From Candidatus Binatia bacterium (lineage in GTDB: Bacteria > Desulfobacterota > Binatia > Bin18): a stretch of 64,000 nt of DNA. The DNA lies in contig OY761159.2 in assembly GCA_963664395.2 (NCBI GenBank), positions 3,488,001-3,552,000 of the forward strand. The letters are read 5' to 3'. This document shows positions 63,423-64,000 of this stretch, piece after piece; the first letter of the stretch is position 1; the number at the start of each line of letters is the position of its first letter. The notes under the pieces are model-generated. The model did no database searches. It saw only the letters and a program-made list of their open reading frames with translations, and had not been told where the DNA came from. The position numbers and the translations under genes are program-made.

Positions 63423-63662
63423 CTACTCTGGTAGAAACTTTGCCGCCAGGGCGCCGAGAGAGAGCAACAAGGCTATCACGCTCACAAAAACACTGTTCTT
63501 GCCTTTGGTCGCCTCGTGTTTCGCCTCTTCCACTTCTGCTTTCGTCGCAATATGAGGGAGGGTCGCTTCTATTTTGGCAAGGCTCACTTTTATATCAGTG
63601 ACATCCGCCTTCATTTCATGGATGTCTGTTTCTATCCGCTGAAGGCGTTCATCTGTCTCCAT
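63423..63662 (-). CDS. Small coiled-coil protein with a C-terminal TM helix
   Basis: Heptads, ATKAEV motif, hydrophobic C-terminus; downstream GCCCGG hairpin at 63378-63402. Confidence 0.7.
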   Translation of the reverse strand: METDERLQRIETDIHEMKADVTDIKVSLAKIEATLPHIATKAEVEEAKHEATKGKNSVFVSVIALLLSLGALAAKFLPE

Positions 63663-63789
63663 GATCTCTTCCCTCTATCACATTATTCATCCGCATACCT
63701 TATAATACATAAACTATTGTGCAAGAACCTGCTATGCGGTCCAACTCCCCCCAGATATCTTCGATTAAAAGGCAGATAGATTCCCCATC

Positions 63790-63935
63790 CCCTCTTTGTG
63801 CCGCGTAGGGGCGGGGTGGGTTTCGTAGTTTCGCCGCGCTGCCCGAACGAAGAGGGAACCCACCCCGGCCTGCGGCCACCCCTCCAAGGAGGGGAGTATC
63901 CACCCCGGCCTGCGGCCACCCCTCCAAGGAGGGGA
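63790..63935. repeat. REP-like cluster including a 40-bp tandem pair
   Basis: CCACCCCGGCCTGCGGCCACCCCTCCAAGGAGGGGAG twice, plus an inverted partial copy. Confidence 0.88.
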
Positions 63936-64000
63936 GCTGGAGGGTCTTGGCTTTGTGTTCTGCCGGGCGAGTTGGTAGGGTGAGCGTCAAGGGTTGGGAG

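Overview
Bacterial chromosomal window with deltaproteobacterial-type gene order (a Binatia-like, possibly host-associated lineage is a guess). It is mostly housekeeping genes: glyA-nrdR-rib-nusB-leuS-lptE; rpsT, mazG, rnhC, purN, comF; greA-rimP-nusA-infB-rbfA-truB-rpsO-pnp-dut; polA; purF/L/Q/S/B; lpxA, yacG, gmhA; 3 tRNAs and a stand-alone 5S rRNA. Two accessory regions stand out. (1) An ~11.3 kb island with no integrase, bounded by a 44-bp duplication of the lptE 3' end. It carries a complete type I-F CRISPR-Cas system (~32 repeats) on top of relics of an earlier WYL/Cas6 (I-MYXAN-like) locus and a vapC fragment. (2) A reduced type II secretion cluster (F,G,L,M,C/N,D), followed by a DUF559 nuclease gene embedded in REP-like repeats and a heavily frameshifted secreted, S-layer-like gene. 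Several palindromic repeat families are dispersed through the window and nested inside one another. The rib cluster lacks riboflavin synthase and has a degenerate RibB domain. Several 1-2 nt indels suggest an error-prone or mixed-strain consensus, so the frameshifts need read-level checking.
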